A DNA stretch of 51,429 nucleotides from an uncultured Gammaproteobacteria bacterium (GTDB taxonomy: Bacteria; Patescibacteriota; Microgenomatia; UBA1406; HO2-37-13b), in the NCBI GenBank assembly GCA_964477065.1, contig CAYZCU010000002.1:1-51429 (forward strand). The letters are read 5' to 3'. Each line of letters opens with the position of its first letter. Within the stretch, counting starts at the first letter, position 1. The position numbers were made by a program, and so were the translations under genes. Shown piece by piece: positions 26,932 through 36,674 of the stretch. The notes beneath the pieces were generated by a model, which was not told where the DNA came from, searched no databases, and was given only the letters and a program-made list of their open reading frames with translations.

Positions 26932-27047
26932 TGAAAGTACGAGCATCAATTACAACAATGTGTAAGAATTGTAAAATCGTCATCCGAAAAGGACGACGAT
27001 ATGTGCGTTGTACGGTTAATCCAAAACATATTCAAAAACAAGGATAA
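26931..27047 (+). CDS. rpmJ: 50S ribosomal protein L36; not in the supplied ORF track
   Basis: Hand translation gives [43 protein letters not shown] overlap with the infA stop. Confidence 0.92.
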   Translation: MKVRASITTMCKNCKIVIRKGRRYVRCTVNPKHIQKQG

Positions 27048-27053
27048 ATAATT

Positions 27054-27455
27054 ATGATACGACTAGCAGGCCATAACTTACCAGATACACATCGCATCGA
27101 ATTTGCGCTGACATCTATTTATGGTATTGGCTGGAAGCGAGCAGGAGACATCTTGAAAGCAATTAAGCTCGATAAAGATACCAAAGTAGCTGATTTGACT
27201 GATGAAAGTGTTCAAATGCTTCAGGCAGCTGTGAGTAAGTACAAAGTTGAGGGAGATTTGCGAGAAGAGACAAACGACAACATCAAGAGACTTCGTGAAA
27301 TAAGTGCGTATCGTGGATCTCGTCATGCACGAGGCTTGCCAGCACATGGTCAGCGAACACGCTCTAATGCGCGTACGCAACGAGGTAAGAAGAAAACAGT
27401 TGGCTCATTTACAAAAGAAGATCTTGCACGAATGCAACAACAGAATAAAAAATAA
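27054..27455 (+). CDS. rpsM: 30S ribosomal protein S13
   Basis: IRLAGHNLPD...ALTSIYGIG...YRGSRHARGLPAHGQRTRSNART. Confidence 0.96.
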   Translation: MIRLAGHNLPDTHRIEFALTSIYGIGWKRAGDILKAIKLDKDTKVADLTDESVQMLQAAVSKYKVEGDLREETNDNIKRLREISAYRGSRHARGLPAHGQRTRSNARTQRGKKKTVGSFTKEDLARMQQQNKK

Positions 27456-27458
27456 CCT

Positions 27459-27833
27459 ATGGCTGTTAAAAAAGAAAAGAAACATATTGAAAAGGGTCGA
27501 ATATATGTCACTGCGACATATAACAATACTCTTGTAACAGTTACGGATGATAAGGGGCAACCCTGCCTCAATGGTTCATGTGGTATGTATGGATTTTCTG
27601 GAACACGAAAATCAACACCGTATGCAGCAACAGTGACCGTGCAAACAGTCCTGCAAAAAGCTCTTGATGAACACCATATGCGCGAGGTTGCAATTTATAT
27701 AAAAGGAATTGGTCCAGGGCGATCAGCAGCGCTGAAAGCTATCAAAGCAATGGGAGTAAATGTTAATAAGATTATGGATGTGACACCTGTCCCACATAAC
27801 GGGGTTCGTCCACCGAAACAACGAAAGGGATAA
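27459..27833 (+). CDS. rpsK: 30S ribosomal protein S11
   Basis: GRIYVTATYNNTLVTVTDDKG...GTRKSTPYAA...IKGIGPGRSAALKA...DVTPVPHNGVRPPK.RK. Confidence 0.96.
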   Translation: MAVKKEKKHIEKGRIYVTATYNNTLVTVTDDKGQPCLNGSCGMYGFSGTRKSTPYAATVTVQTVLQKALDEHHMREVAIYIKGIGPGRSAALKAIKAMGVNVNKIMDVTPVPHNGVRPPKQRKG

Positions 27834-27848
27834 CTTTTCAATACACCT

Positions 27849-28469
27849 ATGCGATACACAGGACCACGAAACAGATTAGCACGCCGAGAGGGAGTTGATT
27901 TGGGCTTGAAAACTGAAGGATCAAAAGCGCAAGCAAGTTTGCTTCGTCGATTAGCTATTAAGCCGGGACAAAAGCCAAATAGTCGATTTAAAAAGCTGAC
28001 AGAATATGGTCAACAGCTTCGTGAAAAGCAAAAAGTACAACGTATGTATGGCCTGACAGAATCAACATTGCGAAAATATTTTGAAAAAGCAAGTATGCAT
28101 GTTGGAAACACAAGTCATCTTTTTGTTCATTTTCTTGAATGGAGACTCGATAATGTTGTGTATCGACTTGGTTTTGCACCAACACGTGCATCAGCTCGAC
28201 AATTAGTAAACCACGGTCATTTTTTGGTTAATGGTAAGAAAGCAAGTATCCCATCAGCTCAAGTAAAAGTTGATGATATTATTACTTTTAAAAAAGATAA
28301 AACACGTTCAATTCCGTATGTGCAAGAATTGCTCAGTCAAAAAAACACCACCCTTCCAGTTTGGCTTGAAAGAAAAGCTGATGCAGGTAAGGTTGTTGGT
28401 GTGCCCGAAGTTGAATCCATCGGTAACGATGTGAACCTTCAGGCTGTTATAGAGTTCTATTCCCGATAA
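27849..28469 (+). CDS. rpsD: 30S ribosomal protein S4
   Basis: MRYTGPRNRLARREGVDL...LEWRLDNVVYRLGFAPTRASARQLVNHGHFLVNGK. Confidence 0.96.
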   Translation: MRYTGPRNRLARREGVDLGLKTEGSKAQASLLRRLAIKPGQKPNSRFKKLTEYGQQLREKQKVQRMYGLTESTLRKYFEKASMHVGNTSHLFVHFLEWRLDNVVYRLGFAPTRASARQLVNHGHFLVNGKKASIPSAQVKVDDIITFKKDKTRSIPYVQELLSQKNTTLPVWLERKADAGKVVGVPEVESIGNDVNLQAVIEFYSR

Positions 28470-28474
28470 AATAT

Positions 28475-29413
28475 ATGTTGGTACCAGACTTCGTTACACA
28501 AACAATTGATGGGACAGAGAGTTATGCAAAGTTTGTATTTACTCCACTCCCTGCAGGATTTGGCAATAGCATGGGTAATGCATTGCGACGCGTTATGCTT
28601 TCTTCACTTGAGGGTCCTGCTATTACGTATGTCAAAATGAATGATGTTGTGCATCCTTTTTCAACCCTTGAAGGGGTGAAAGAGTCTGGACTTGAAATTA
28701 TTCTTAATTTGAAGGAATTGCGCTTTAGAGCAACAGGTAAAGGTCCATTCACCTTGACCTTATCACATAAAGGAAAAGGTGTTGTGACAGGAGCAGATTT
28801 CAAAGGTGACGTCGAAGTTGTCAACACAGATCAGCAGATTGCTGAACTGACCACACCAAAGGCACATCTTGATATCGAACTTACGATTGAAATGGGTATT
28901 GGATACAGTCCATCTGAAGAAAAAGAGAAACCAACATTTGGGACACTCGCTATGGATTCTGTCTTCTCACCTGTTAAGCGAACAACCTTCAAAGTTGAAG
29001 ATGAGCGTGTTGGACGAAAGACAAATTTTGATAAATTGACACTTGAGGTCTGGACTGATGGATCAATCACTCCTCATGATGCATTGACTCGATCAGCACA
29101 TATTTTGGGATCATTCTTTACCTACATGATGTCTGGTGAAGATGTTGAAGGTCGAAAATCAGTTGGGTCTGATGGTGTTGCCCTTTCAGGTACAGCACAT
29201 GTCGATCCGCATGTCTATGAAATCATTATCGATGAACTTGATTTGCCAACACGAGTCATCAATGCACTGCTTCGAGAAAAAATTGAAACAGTTGGTGATC
29301 TCGCTGAAAGAGGACAAGAAGCACTTGTCAGCTTGAAGGGCGTTGGTCGAAAGTCCATTTCATTGATTGAGAAGGAAATTGAAAAATTAGGAGTTATTCT
29401 TGAAGATAAGTAA
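28475..29413 (+). CDS. rpoA: RNA polymerase alpha subunit
   Basis: PLPAGFGNSMGNALRRVMLSSLEGPA, plus the C-terminal helix-hairpin-helix region LDLPTRVINALLREKIETVGDL. Confidence 0.95.
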   Translation: MLVPDFVTQTIDGTESYAKFVFTPLPAGFGNSMGNALRRVMLSSLEGPAITYVKMNDVVHPFSTLEGVKESGLEIILNLKELRFRATGKGPFTLTLSHKGKGVVTGADFKGDVEVVNTDQQIAELTTPKAHLDIELTIEMGIGYSPSEEKEKPTFGTLAMDSVFSPVKRTTFKVEDERVGRKTNFDKLTLEVWTDGSITPHDALTRSAHILGSFFTYMMSGEDVEGRKSVGSDGVALSGTAHVDPHVYEIIIDELDLPTRVINALLREKIETVGDLAERGQEALVSLKGVGRKSISLIEKEIEKLGVILEDK

Positions 29414-29845
29414 ATGAAACACGGTATCAAAAAAGTCAAGTTCACGAAAGGTCAAGATTCGCACCAAGCACTTGTGCGTAAGTTGTGTTTGAATTTCTTG
29501 AAGCATGGACACATTGATACCACGACAAAGCGAGCAAAATTTTTGAAGGCTCGTATTGATCGCATGGTTCATAAGGCTCAGAAGGGAACTCTTGCAGACA
29601 GGAACGTATTGCTCAAAGAATTAGCTGACGTAACTGCAGTTGATAATTTGATCAATGTTATTGCTCCTACATTTAAGCGATCAACAGGATTTGTCTCATT
29701 GTCAAAATTGATGATTCGCGAAGGTGATAGTGCAGATATGTCTCGACTTGTATGGGTCAAAGAAGCTCAAACAGAAAAAGGTGTGACGCCTGATGCGAAA
29801 CCCGCAAAAAAGCCAGCAGTCAAAAAAGTTACTGAAAAGAAATAA
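29414..29845 (+). CDS. rplQ: 50S ribosomal protein L17 with a K/A/P-rich tail
   Basis: HQALVRKLCLNFLKHGHIDTTTKRAKFLKARIDRMV...GFVSLSKL..R.GD.A. Confidence 0.9.
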   Translation: MKHGIKKVKFTKGQDSHQALVRKLCLNFLKHGHIDTTTKRAKFLKARIDRMVHKAQKGTLADRNVLLKELADVTAVDNLINVIAPTFKRSTGFVSLSKLMIREGDSADMSRLVWVKEAQTEKGVTPDAKPAKKPAVKKVTEKK

Positions 29846-29848
29846 TAT

Positions 29849-30274
29849 ATGGCACATCTTACACATCTGACACCAAGCGCCCGAAAGGAAGACGTTGTTC
29901 GCAACTGGCATCTGATTGATATGAAGGGTAAGGTCCTTGGTCGAACAGTTTCTGACATCAGTCAATTGCTTATCGGTAAACATAAGAAAGATTACATTTC
30001 TCATGTTGATAGCGGAGATTATGTGGTGGTTATCAATGCAAAAGATGTTGTGGTGACTGGACGCAAGGCTGAACAAAAGGTTTATACACGATACTCTGGC
30101 TACCCAGGTGGCTTACGAGAAGCATCATACAAACAGGTTATGGAAAAGGATCCACGAAAGATCATCCAAAATGCTGTTAATGGGATGTTGCCTAAAAATA
30201 AGCTTCGTGCGCAGAGGATGACTCGATTATATGTTTTTTCGGATAATACACATCCTTATTCTGATAAATTTTAA
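29849..30274 (+). CDS. rplM: 50S ribosomal protein L13
   Basis: VRNWHLIDMKGKVLGRTVSDISQLLIGKHK...GDYVVVINA...YSGYPGGL...GMLPKNKL. Confidence 0.95.
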   Translation: MAHLTHLTPSARKEDVVRNWHLIDMKGKVLGRTVSDISQLLIGKHKKDYISHVDSGDYVVVINAKDVVVTGRKAEQKVYTRYSGYPGGLREASYKQVMEKDPRKIIQNAVNGMLPKNKLRAQRMTRLYVFSDNTHPYSDKF

Positions 30275-30276
30275 CT

Positions 30277-30723
30277 ATGGCAACTAAAGCAAAAGCACTG
30301 ACATATTATGAAGCAATTGGTCGACGCCGATCAGCAGTTGCCCGCGTTCGATTGTATATCCAAAAAGCAAAGACATTAAGTGTTAATTCTGAGGTTAAAA
30401 AAGGTGAAATCATGGTCAATGATCTTCCAATTGATACGTACTTTCCCCTTGATACTGACAAAAAAGTATATTTGAAGCCTTTGGAAATTGCTGATGCTGT
30501 TGGTCGATTTGCAATCTCAATCGTCGTTCGCGGTGGTGGGAAGCATGGCCAGCTCGAAGCAACAGCTATGGGCCTTGCACGAACACTTGAGCTTGTCGAT
30601 GGATCCCTACGAGCACAGTTGAAGCCTGAAGGACTCCTTACCCGTGATTCACGCACTCGTGAGCGCCGAAAGCCTGGTACAGGTGGACGAGCACGACGTC
30701 AAAAGCAGTCACCAAAGCGATAA
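30277..30723 (+). CDS. rpsI: 30S ribosomal protein S9
   Basis: AIGRRRSAVARVRL...GGGKHGQLEA...GLLTRDSRTRERRKPG..GARR.KQSPKR. Confidence 0.95.
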   Translation: MATKAKALTYYEAIGRRRSAVARVRLYIQKAKTLSVNSEVKKGEIMVNDLPIDTYFPLDTDKKVYLKPLEIADAVGRFAISIVVRGGGKHGQLEATAMGLARTLELVDGSLRAQLKPEGLLTRDSRTRERRKPGTGGRARRQKQSPKR

Positions 30724-30724
30724 G

Positions 30725-32110
30725 CTACTGCGTTCCAACAAGAAAGATCGCTTTCCATGGTCGATACACAGAGTAGAAGGTTCTATCCTGCGTGACTGTC
30801 CCATCTGCCTGAATAACTTTATACGTAAATGATGACTTTGCCCCAGGTGCAGACCAGTCTACTTGCTTAGTAACGCCACGAGGAAGCGTAGGATCGTCTT
30901 GATAGAGCGCCTCTGGAGCAGGTCGCTGATCGTACAGCCGAGGTTCTGACAGCTCAACACGACGATTATCCTTTGTTCCATAAAACTCAAAAACGACTGT
31001 TCGAGCTACCGTATCAGTCTTTGTTTGAATCAAGATATGTCCCGGTGTGTCATTTTTAAACTTAAAGTCCACAGTTGGACTGTACACTGTCGCGTCGAGT
31101 CCGGGCTTACTATCATTTTCATAGTAGTGGACACGATAGGCATGTGCATGACGTTCGACGATCGGCAGTCCCGTATTGAGCGCCGCTCGAAAAAGTGTTG
31201 AAGAGTTTTGACAAATCCCTCCACCATCTCCCAACACCGTACGACCTTCTTTAATTACATAGCCTGTTTTGTACCCAGTTGAAAGAGATACATCACCCAA
31301 GGTGGCATTATATGAAAATGTTTCTCCAGGGGGAATCAAGACGCCATGAAACCGTGATGCTGACAAGAGGACATTATGGACCCGCTCAGGAGATGAACCT
31401 GTGTAGTTTGACTTCCCTTCACCTATCTTCTCTTGTATACCAAGGTCGTTTGTATCGCCTGTTTTAATCTCTGGGGCAACCACCGTATCATGGACCAAGA
31501 ATGTTGGAGAGGGACTGAGCTTTGGATTAAGCAAAAAGGTAACGATATCATCATGTGTTGCATCTTTATCAATCTCGATACCGTTTTTCTCAGTTTTAAA
31601 TGACGTTACCCGATTGTTTTTAAATGTAAACAATGCATCTTCGGCAGGCACTGAGTATGTTTCATCAACCTCTTCGAGATACGTATCGACGGGCTCCATG
31701 GTAAACATTGGCTTGTAGGTGAAGGTATATTCATTAAGATTAAAGAACGTACTTGCGATTTGAAGCAGACGACTGGGGAGATGAGGAGTTCGTCCAATAA
31801 GCAGTGCCTGATCAGCAATATGGTCGCTATCATAGTGAAGCGCAAGTGTCTTCCCTGAAAAAGTAGCGACTGATTCCTCATAACGCACATGTAAAATCAG
31901 GGTACTGAGGGCTTTATTCTTGGGTTTGAAGTAGGCATGTATATCCTGACGTGTTTTCCCTCCAAAATCTACCCCGTTGACAACAACATGCGGGTAAACT
32001 TTTCCATCATATTTTTGTGTCTGTTCGACTGCATAGGTACAGAGAACAAACATACTGATACTGACAAAAAGTATGACAAACAATAGTGATCGTGTTATGG
32101 TGTATTTCAT
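30725..32110 (-). CDS. VanW/YoaR-family envelope protein, N-terminally anchored
   Basis: N-terminal TM. VanW core GGGICQNSSTLFRAALNTGLPIVERHAHAYRVHYYE. Confidence 0.8.
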   Translation of the reverse strand: MKYTITRSLLFVILFVSISMFVLCTYAVEQTQKYDGKVYPHVVVNGVDFGGKTRQDIHAYFKPKNKALSTLILHVRYEESVATFSGKTLALHYDSDHIADQALLIGRTPHLPSRLLQIASTFFNLNEYTFTYKPMFTMEPVDTYLEEVDETYSVPAEDALFTFKNNRVTSFKTEKNGIEIDKDATHDDIVTFLLNPKLSPSPTFLVHDTVVAPEIKTGDTNDLGIQEKIGEGKSNYTGSSPERVHNVLLSASRFHGVLIPPGETFSYNATLGDVSLSTGYKTGYVIKEGRTVLGDGGGICQNSSTLFRAALNTGLPIVERHAHAYRVHYYENDSKPGLDATVYSPTVDFKFKNDTPGHILIQTKTDTVARTVVFEFYGTKDNRRVELSEPRLYDQRPAPEALYQDDPTLPRGVTKQVDWSAPGAKSSFTYKVIQADGTVTQDRTFYSVYRPWKAIFLVGTQ

Positions 32111-32156
32111 GTACGAATGACTTTAAAACAAGATTGAAATCAACTACTATTATAGT

Positions 32157-33671
32157 ATGGCCGATGAGCAAAAAACAAATGCCAGTCAATCTGAAAATAT
32201 CCCTATCTACAAGGCTGATCCAATAGATGAATCAGCAGATCATCCAGTTCCTTTTAAAACTGAAATTGTTCCTGAAAACATTCCTGAGGTAACTCCAGAG
32301 GAATTGACCCTGTCTGATCTTGGTGGGGGAGGCGATGCTACGGTCCCTGTCATTGATGATGCATCATTTGGCGGGCGAAGCGAGGTAAAAAAGTATCTTT
32401 TTCTCGGTCTGGGCGTCGTTGCTGCGATCATTATCTTTTTGCTTGTCTTTCTCTTTATTCGATCACTTTTTGGAGTGAAAAAAAGTGCTGGTGTCCTTGA
32501 ATATTGGGGGTTATGGGAAGAGAAAGCAGTGATGAAGCCAATTATTGATGAATATACACGCTTACACCCTGAAGTAACCATCAATTATGTTAAACAAGAT
32601 CCTCGAGATTATCGTGAAAAACTCTTGACTCGAGGGAAAGAAGGGCGAGGTCCTGATATATTCCGATTTCACAATACGTGGCTCCCAAGCATCATTGAGC
32701 TTGCAGCCCCACTTCCCCAGAGTGCGATGAGCTCAGCAGAATTTGAGAAAACATTTTATGAAGTTACAAAGGATGATCTGTATGCAAACAGTAGCTACTA
32801 TGGCATACCTTTGGGGATTGATGGGCTTGTCTTGGTTTACAATACGGATCTCTTTAAAAAAGTTGGCATATCATCGCCTCCGCAAACGTGGGATGATGTT
32901 TTGACAGATGCAGATGCCCTGCGAGTTGAAGACGTTGATAAAAACATCCTCACCTCAGGTATAGCTCTTGGTACTGCTGAAAATATAGAGCATTATTCTG
33001 ATATTTTTGCATGGATGCTCCTTCAAAATGGAGGTGATATTCGTCGTATGAGTGATCCTGAGGGCGTTGAGGTGTTGAAAAATTATCGTCAATTTGCAGA
33101 GCCACAGTTGAATTTTTGGAATGAGTCCATGCCCAACAGCATTTCAGCATTTGCTCAAGGGAAAGTTGCCATGATTATTGTTCCATCGTGGCAGATATTG
33201 GAAATTTTGTCCCAAAACCCTGATATTCACATGAAGGCAACAGTCCTTCCTGTTTTACCAGGGACACAGCAATTATCTCTGGCGACGTATTGGGTTGAGG
33301 GAGTTTCTAAGACAAGTAAGCACCAAGAAGAAGCATGGGCATTTCTTGTCTATCTCAGTAAAAAAGACACGATGACGAAACTTTATCAAGAGCAGGCCAA
33401 AGTCCGACCATTTGGTGTCGCGTACTCGCGTGTTGATTTGCGAGATACGCTTCTGACCCATCCGTATCTTGGTGCAGTCCTTGAACAAGCTCCGCACATG
33501 AAAAGCCTTCCTCTTGCGTCTCGAACCTATGATAATGGCATCAATGATGATAGTATTACGTATATACGTGATGCGATACATGCAACAATGAAAGGAATTT
33601 CATACCAGCAGGCTTTGCAAACTGCCTCACAGGGGGTGCAACAAGTATTAGAAAAGTATAAAATTGAGTAA
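32157..33671 (+). CDS. Membrane-anchored family-1 extracellular solute-binding protein with no adjacent ABC partners
   Basis: Acidic/Pro-rich N-terminus of about 80 aa, a TM (YLFLGLGVVAAIIIFLLVFLF), then an SBP_bac_1-like body (INYVKQ...GPDIFRFHNTWLP...YGIPLGIDGLVLVYN...PQTWDD...PSWQ). Confidence 0.7.
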   Translation: MADEQKTNASQSENIPIYKADPIDESADHPVPFKTEIVPENIPEVTPEELTLSDLGGGGDATVPVIDDASFGGRSEVKKYLFLGLGVVAAIIIFLLVFLFIRSLFGVKKSAGVLEYWGLWEEKAVMKPIIDEYTRLHPEVTINYVKQDPRDYREKLLTRGKEGRGPDIFRFHNTWLPSIIELAAPLPQSAMSSAEFEKTFYEVTKDDLYANSSYYGIPLGIDGLVLVYNTDLFKKVGISSPPQTWDDVLTDADALRVEDVDKNILTSGIALGTAENIEHYSDIFAWMLLQNGGDIRRMSDPEGVEVLKNYRQFAEPQLNFWNESMPNSISAFAQGKVAMIIVPSWQILEILSQNPDIHMKATVLPVLPGTQQLSLATYWVEGVSKTSKHQEEAWAFLVYLSKKDTMTKLYQEQAKVRPFGVAYSRVDLRDTLLTHPYLGAVLEQAPHMKSLPLASRTYDNGINDDSITYIRDAIHATMKGISYQQALQTASQGVQQVLEKYKIE

Positions 33672-35875
33672 TGGGATTATTTTCTGAAAAAAAAACTAAC
33701 CAGCTAGAATACATTGCAGTTTTTCTGCTTTGCCAGCAAGACGCTCGCGCATGGGTCTGTACGGTCAATGCATCTACTCGTCAGGTGGAGCTTATTGATG
33801 AAAAAAAATTCACCACAACGCCAACATGGGATAGTCTTGTCTATGACATTGATGAAATTTTGTTTGCTTTTGAAAAAGAGCATGACATCAAGCTACAAAA
33901 AGCGACATTCTTTGTCTATTCACATCTGATAGACACTCAATCAGGGGAATTGCAGGCACAGTACCTGGACGTATTGAAATCAGTTCTCGCTCAAAATGAA
34001 CTTGAGTCACTTGGGTACATCGAGTTAGAAGAAAGCCTTGCCCTAGCATTCGCAGAATTTGAACATACTCCATTGAACGCTGTTTTTGTCGAAGTAGACA
34101 TGTCATCTGTATTTATGTGTGTGTACAAAGGTGGTCGAAAGCTTTTTCACGAAACTCGATCGAAATCAGCAAGTGTCATCAATGATATTGAGGACATTAT
34201 CAAAAATATGCCTGCTCAGCTGTTGCTCCCAGCCCGTATTGTCATGTATGACACACCATCTGTTGAGCATGAATCGCATGCTCTTTTGATGCATCCATGG
34301 AATGATCCTCACTTCATTCAAATTCCTCAATTTGGTGTGGTGAAAGAGTCAGAGCTGAAAAGTGCCCTTGTGCATGGAGTCGCGCAGGAATTATTCGGGC
34401 AAAGTTCATCTCGTATTGTTTTGCCAGCTCAACAAGCTGAAGTGGTCGTTGATGATAAGCCCACCTCAAGCATTGCCCCACAATCGGTACAAGCACACGA
34501 AAATCTGATGGGATTTGTTATCGGAGCTGATGTGCGTACGGATACTGTAGCAGATCAGAAGCCATCGTACGTACCCGTGCAAGAACCATCAGTTGAATCA
34601 TCATACAGTGCTCCACAGAGTGAGTCTGATTATGGAGAAGCACCTGAATCGTTTGATCAAGATAAACTATCTCTGCGAGACCGATTGCTTGGTATACTCT
34701 CACGTATGAAATCAATGTTTGATATGCGTGGGCGACTCCCATCAGGGATACCCGTCAAGAAGCTGATCATACTTGCATGTGGGCTTATTCTCGTTTGTGG
34801 GAGTGTCTGGGGAGCCTTATACTATGCCCATTCAGCTAAAATAACTGTCATCTATGCTACTGAGCCGATTGAAGACACGATACAACTCGGAGATGAGGTT
34901 ACGCTTACTGAGCATAAAGAAACAATCTCATCTTCAGCAAAAGTCGCAACATCCGGGCAAGATGATGTTGGAGAAAAAGCAAAGGGCACGTGTGTCATAT
35001 ACAATGCTGATGACAAGGCAAAGACATTTGATAAAGGAGCGAAGCTCAAATCAGCCGATGGGCTTGTTTTTACGCTTGATAAAGCGGTCACTGTCGATGG
35101 TGCTAAAAAGACGGTCACGGATGATGAAAACATTTTGACTTCCACATCAAAAGCATCTGTAACAGTCACAGCTGAAGATATTGGTACAAAATACAATATT
35201 AAAAAGGAAACGAAGTTGAGTATTGAGGGATTTTCGGACACGACCTATTTTGCAAAATCAGAATCTGCCTTTACTGGCGGATCAAGTAAGCAGATTCAAA
35301 CTGTTGATAAGGCAGATTATGCAGCCCTTGATAAAAAGATTAAGGCTGATATCGATACCAAGAGCGCTGAAAAGTTGCGTGCTATTGCCGGAACAGGTGG
35401 TATTGTCAAGGATTTAACCGTTATTGATACGACAGGGCAAACGTACTCAAAAGAAATTGCTGAAGAAGCGAAGGAAGTATCATCTCAGGTCAAAGCAGAC
35501 GTTGTGTTTTACTCTCTGGATGACTCGCAGGTAAAAAAGCTTATTTTAGATAAGGTTCGTTCTCAAATCCCAGATGGGTATCTTCTTGCAACATCACAGG
35601 TAACATTTCGGGTAACGAAGGCAGTGCGTGATAAGAAATCGAAAAAGGTAACAATCTCGGTAGCAAGTAAAGCACTTCCTCAGCTTGAGATTGATAAAAA
35701 TAAAGTTATAGTTGCAGTGAAAGGGAAGGATATTGATTCGGCAGAAAAGGTTATACGAACAGATTTTAAAGCTGAGGGAATAGATGCAGTTATCACAACA
35801 CCTCTTCCATTCCTTCGATCACGCATACCGTACTTCTCAAAGCATATTAGTGTAGATCTCAAAGCACTCAACTAG
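33671..35875 (+). CDS. 734-aa bitopic membrane protein, unknown function
   Basis: TAATG overlap with the SBP gene. Cytoplasmic N-terminal region of about 360 aa, one TM (LIILACGLILVCGSVWGALYY, about nt 34762-34830), and a K/T/V-rich beta-type exodomain of about 350 aa. No family recognised with confidence. Confidence 0.75.
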   Translation: MGLFSEKKTNQLEYIAVFLLCQQDARAWVCTVNASTRQVELIDEKKFTTTPTWDSLVYDIDEILFAFEKEHDIKLQKATFFVYSHLIDTQSGELQAQYLDVLKSVLAQNELESLGYIELEESLALAFAEFEHTPLNAVFVEVDMSSVFMCVYKGGRKLFHETRSKSASVINDIEDIIKNMPAQLLLPARIVMYDTPSVEHESHALLMHPWNDPHFIQIPQFGVVKESELKSALVHGVAQELFGQSSSRIVLPAQQAEVVVDDKPTSSIAPQSVQAHENLMGFVIGADVRTDTVADQKPSYVPVQEPSVESSYSAPQSESDYGEAPESFDQDKLSLRDRLLGILSRMKSMFDMRGRLPSGIPVKKLIILACGLILVCGSVWGALYYAHSAKITVIYATEPIEDTIQLGDEVTLTEHKETISSSAKVATSGQDDVGEKAKGTCVIYNADDKAKTFDKGAKLKSADGLVFTLDKAVTVDGAKKTVTDDENILTSTSKASVTVTAEDIGTKYNIKKETKLSIEGFSDTTYFAKSESAFTGGSSKQIQTVDKADYAALDKKIKADIDTKSAEKLRAIAGTGGIVKDLTVIDTTGQTYSKEIAEEAKEVSSQVKADVVFYSLDDSQVKKLILDKVRSQIPDGYLLATSQVTFRVTKAVRDKKSKKVTISVASKALPQLEIDKNKVIVAVKGKDIDSAEKVIRTDFKAEGIDAVITTPLPFLRSRIPYFSKHISVDLKALN

Positions 35876-35880
35876 TCTCA

Positions 35881-36630
35881 ATGGCATTATATAGTTACCA
35901 CAAAAAACCAACAGGTGCCACAAAGCATCTTTTGACGTATGTTTCATATACGACCATGACAATTGGGGCGCTGTTTCTCTTTTGGTCATTCTATCCTATA
36001 GTAGCATCAGAACTCTACAGTACTTTTTTTATTCAAAATGATGTTGTTGCCCCAATACCAGGCTCTTTTGAATCTACAACCGTTGAAAAGGCCCGCTCGA
36101 TTAAAAACGGTGATGAGGCATACTCAACAAATCTTGTTGACTATACACAAGCCTCATCGTGGTTCACGAATGCGCCTTCCCAGAACATCAATGCCTATAG
36201 CAGTGATATCAAAGAATATACACTTTCCATCCCAAAGCTCAACATCGACAATGTACGTGTTGTCGTGGGTGGCGATAATTTGCTTGAAGGACTTATCCAA
36301 TATCTACCTGAAAACCCACCCGGAATAGAGGGAACAGTCAATATATTCGGGCATTCAACCCATCCTTCTCTGTACAAAAAAAAAGAATACCAGTCGAATT
36401 TTACCTTCATTCCCTCCTTGGAGGTAGGGGATATATTTTATGTCACTGTTGATTCAGTCCGCTATACCTATGAAATATATGATCGCGTGGTGATAAAACC
36501 ATCAGATATTGGGGCCTTGCAACCGAAATATGATAATTCTTATGTCAATCTGTACACATGTGTCCCTGTGGGCACATTTAACAGCCGTCTTCAGATAAAA
36601 GCTCGCCTGAAAGAGATTCCTGCTCTCTAG
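35881..36630 (+). CDS. Sortase-family transpeptidase
   Basis: N-terminal TM. Catalytic His (NIFGHSTH), Cys in VNLYTCVP (TLxTC-like), and a downstream Arg (RLQIKARL). Confidence 0.75.
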   Translation: MALYSYHKKPTGATKHLLTYVSYTTMTIGALFLFWSFYPIVASELYSTFFIQNDVVAPIPGSFESTTVEKARSIKNGDEAYSTNLVDYTQASSWFTNAPSQNINAYSSDIKEYTLSIPKLNIDNVRVVVGGDNLLEGLIQYLPENPPGIEGTVNIFGHSTHPSLYKKKEYQSNFTFIPSLEVGDIFYVTVDSVRYTYEIYDRVVIKPSDIGALQPKYDNSYVNLYTCVPVGTFNSRLQIKARLKEIPAL

Positions 36631-36660
36631 TTCAATTCGCATACTTAGGCCTATAAAATG

Positions 36661-36669
36661 TGATATAAT
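36661..36669 (+). promoter_or_regulatory. Extended -10 element TGaTATAAT, 5 nt upstream of ATG 36675
   Basis: Read directly: TGATATAAT-ttgtg-ATG. Confidence 0.5.
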
Positions 36670-36674
36670 TTGTG

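Noticed and set aside
33671-35875. Annotating the 734-aa protein as FtsA/PilM or as a phage baseplate-J-like protein.
   Set aside because: The resemblance is only impressionistic. There are no intact phosphate-binding DxGxxx(T/S) motifs, and I cannot verify a gp47/baseplate-J signature without an HMM search. I left it as hypothetical.
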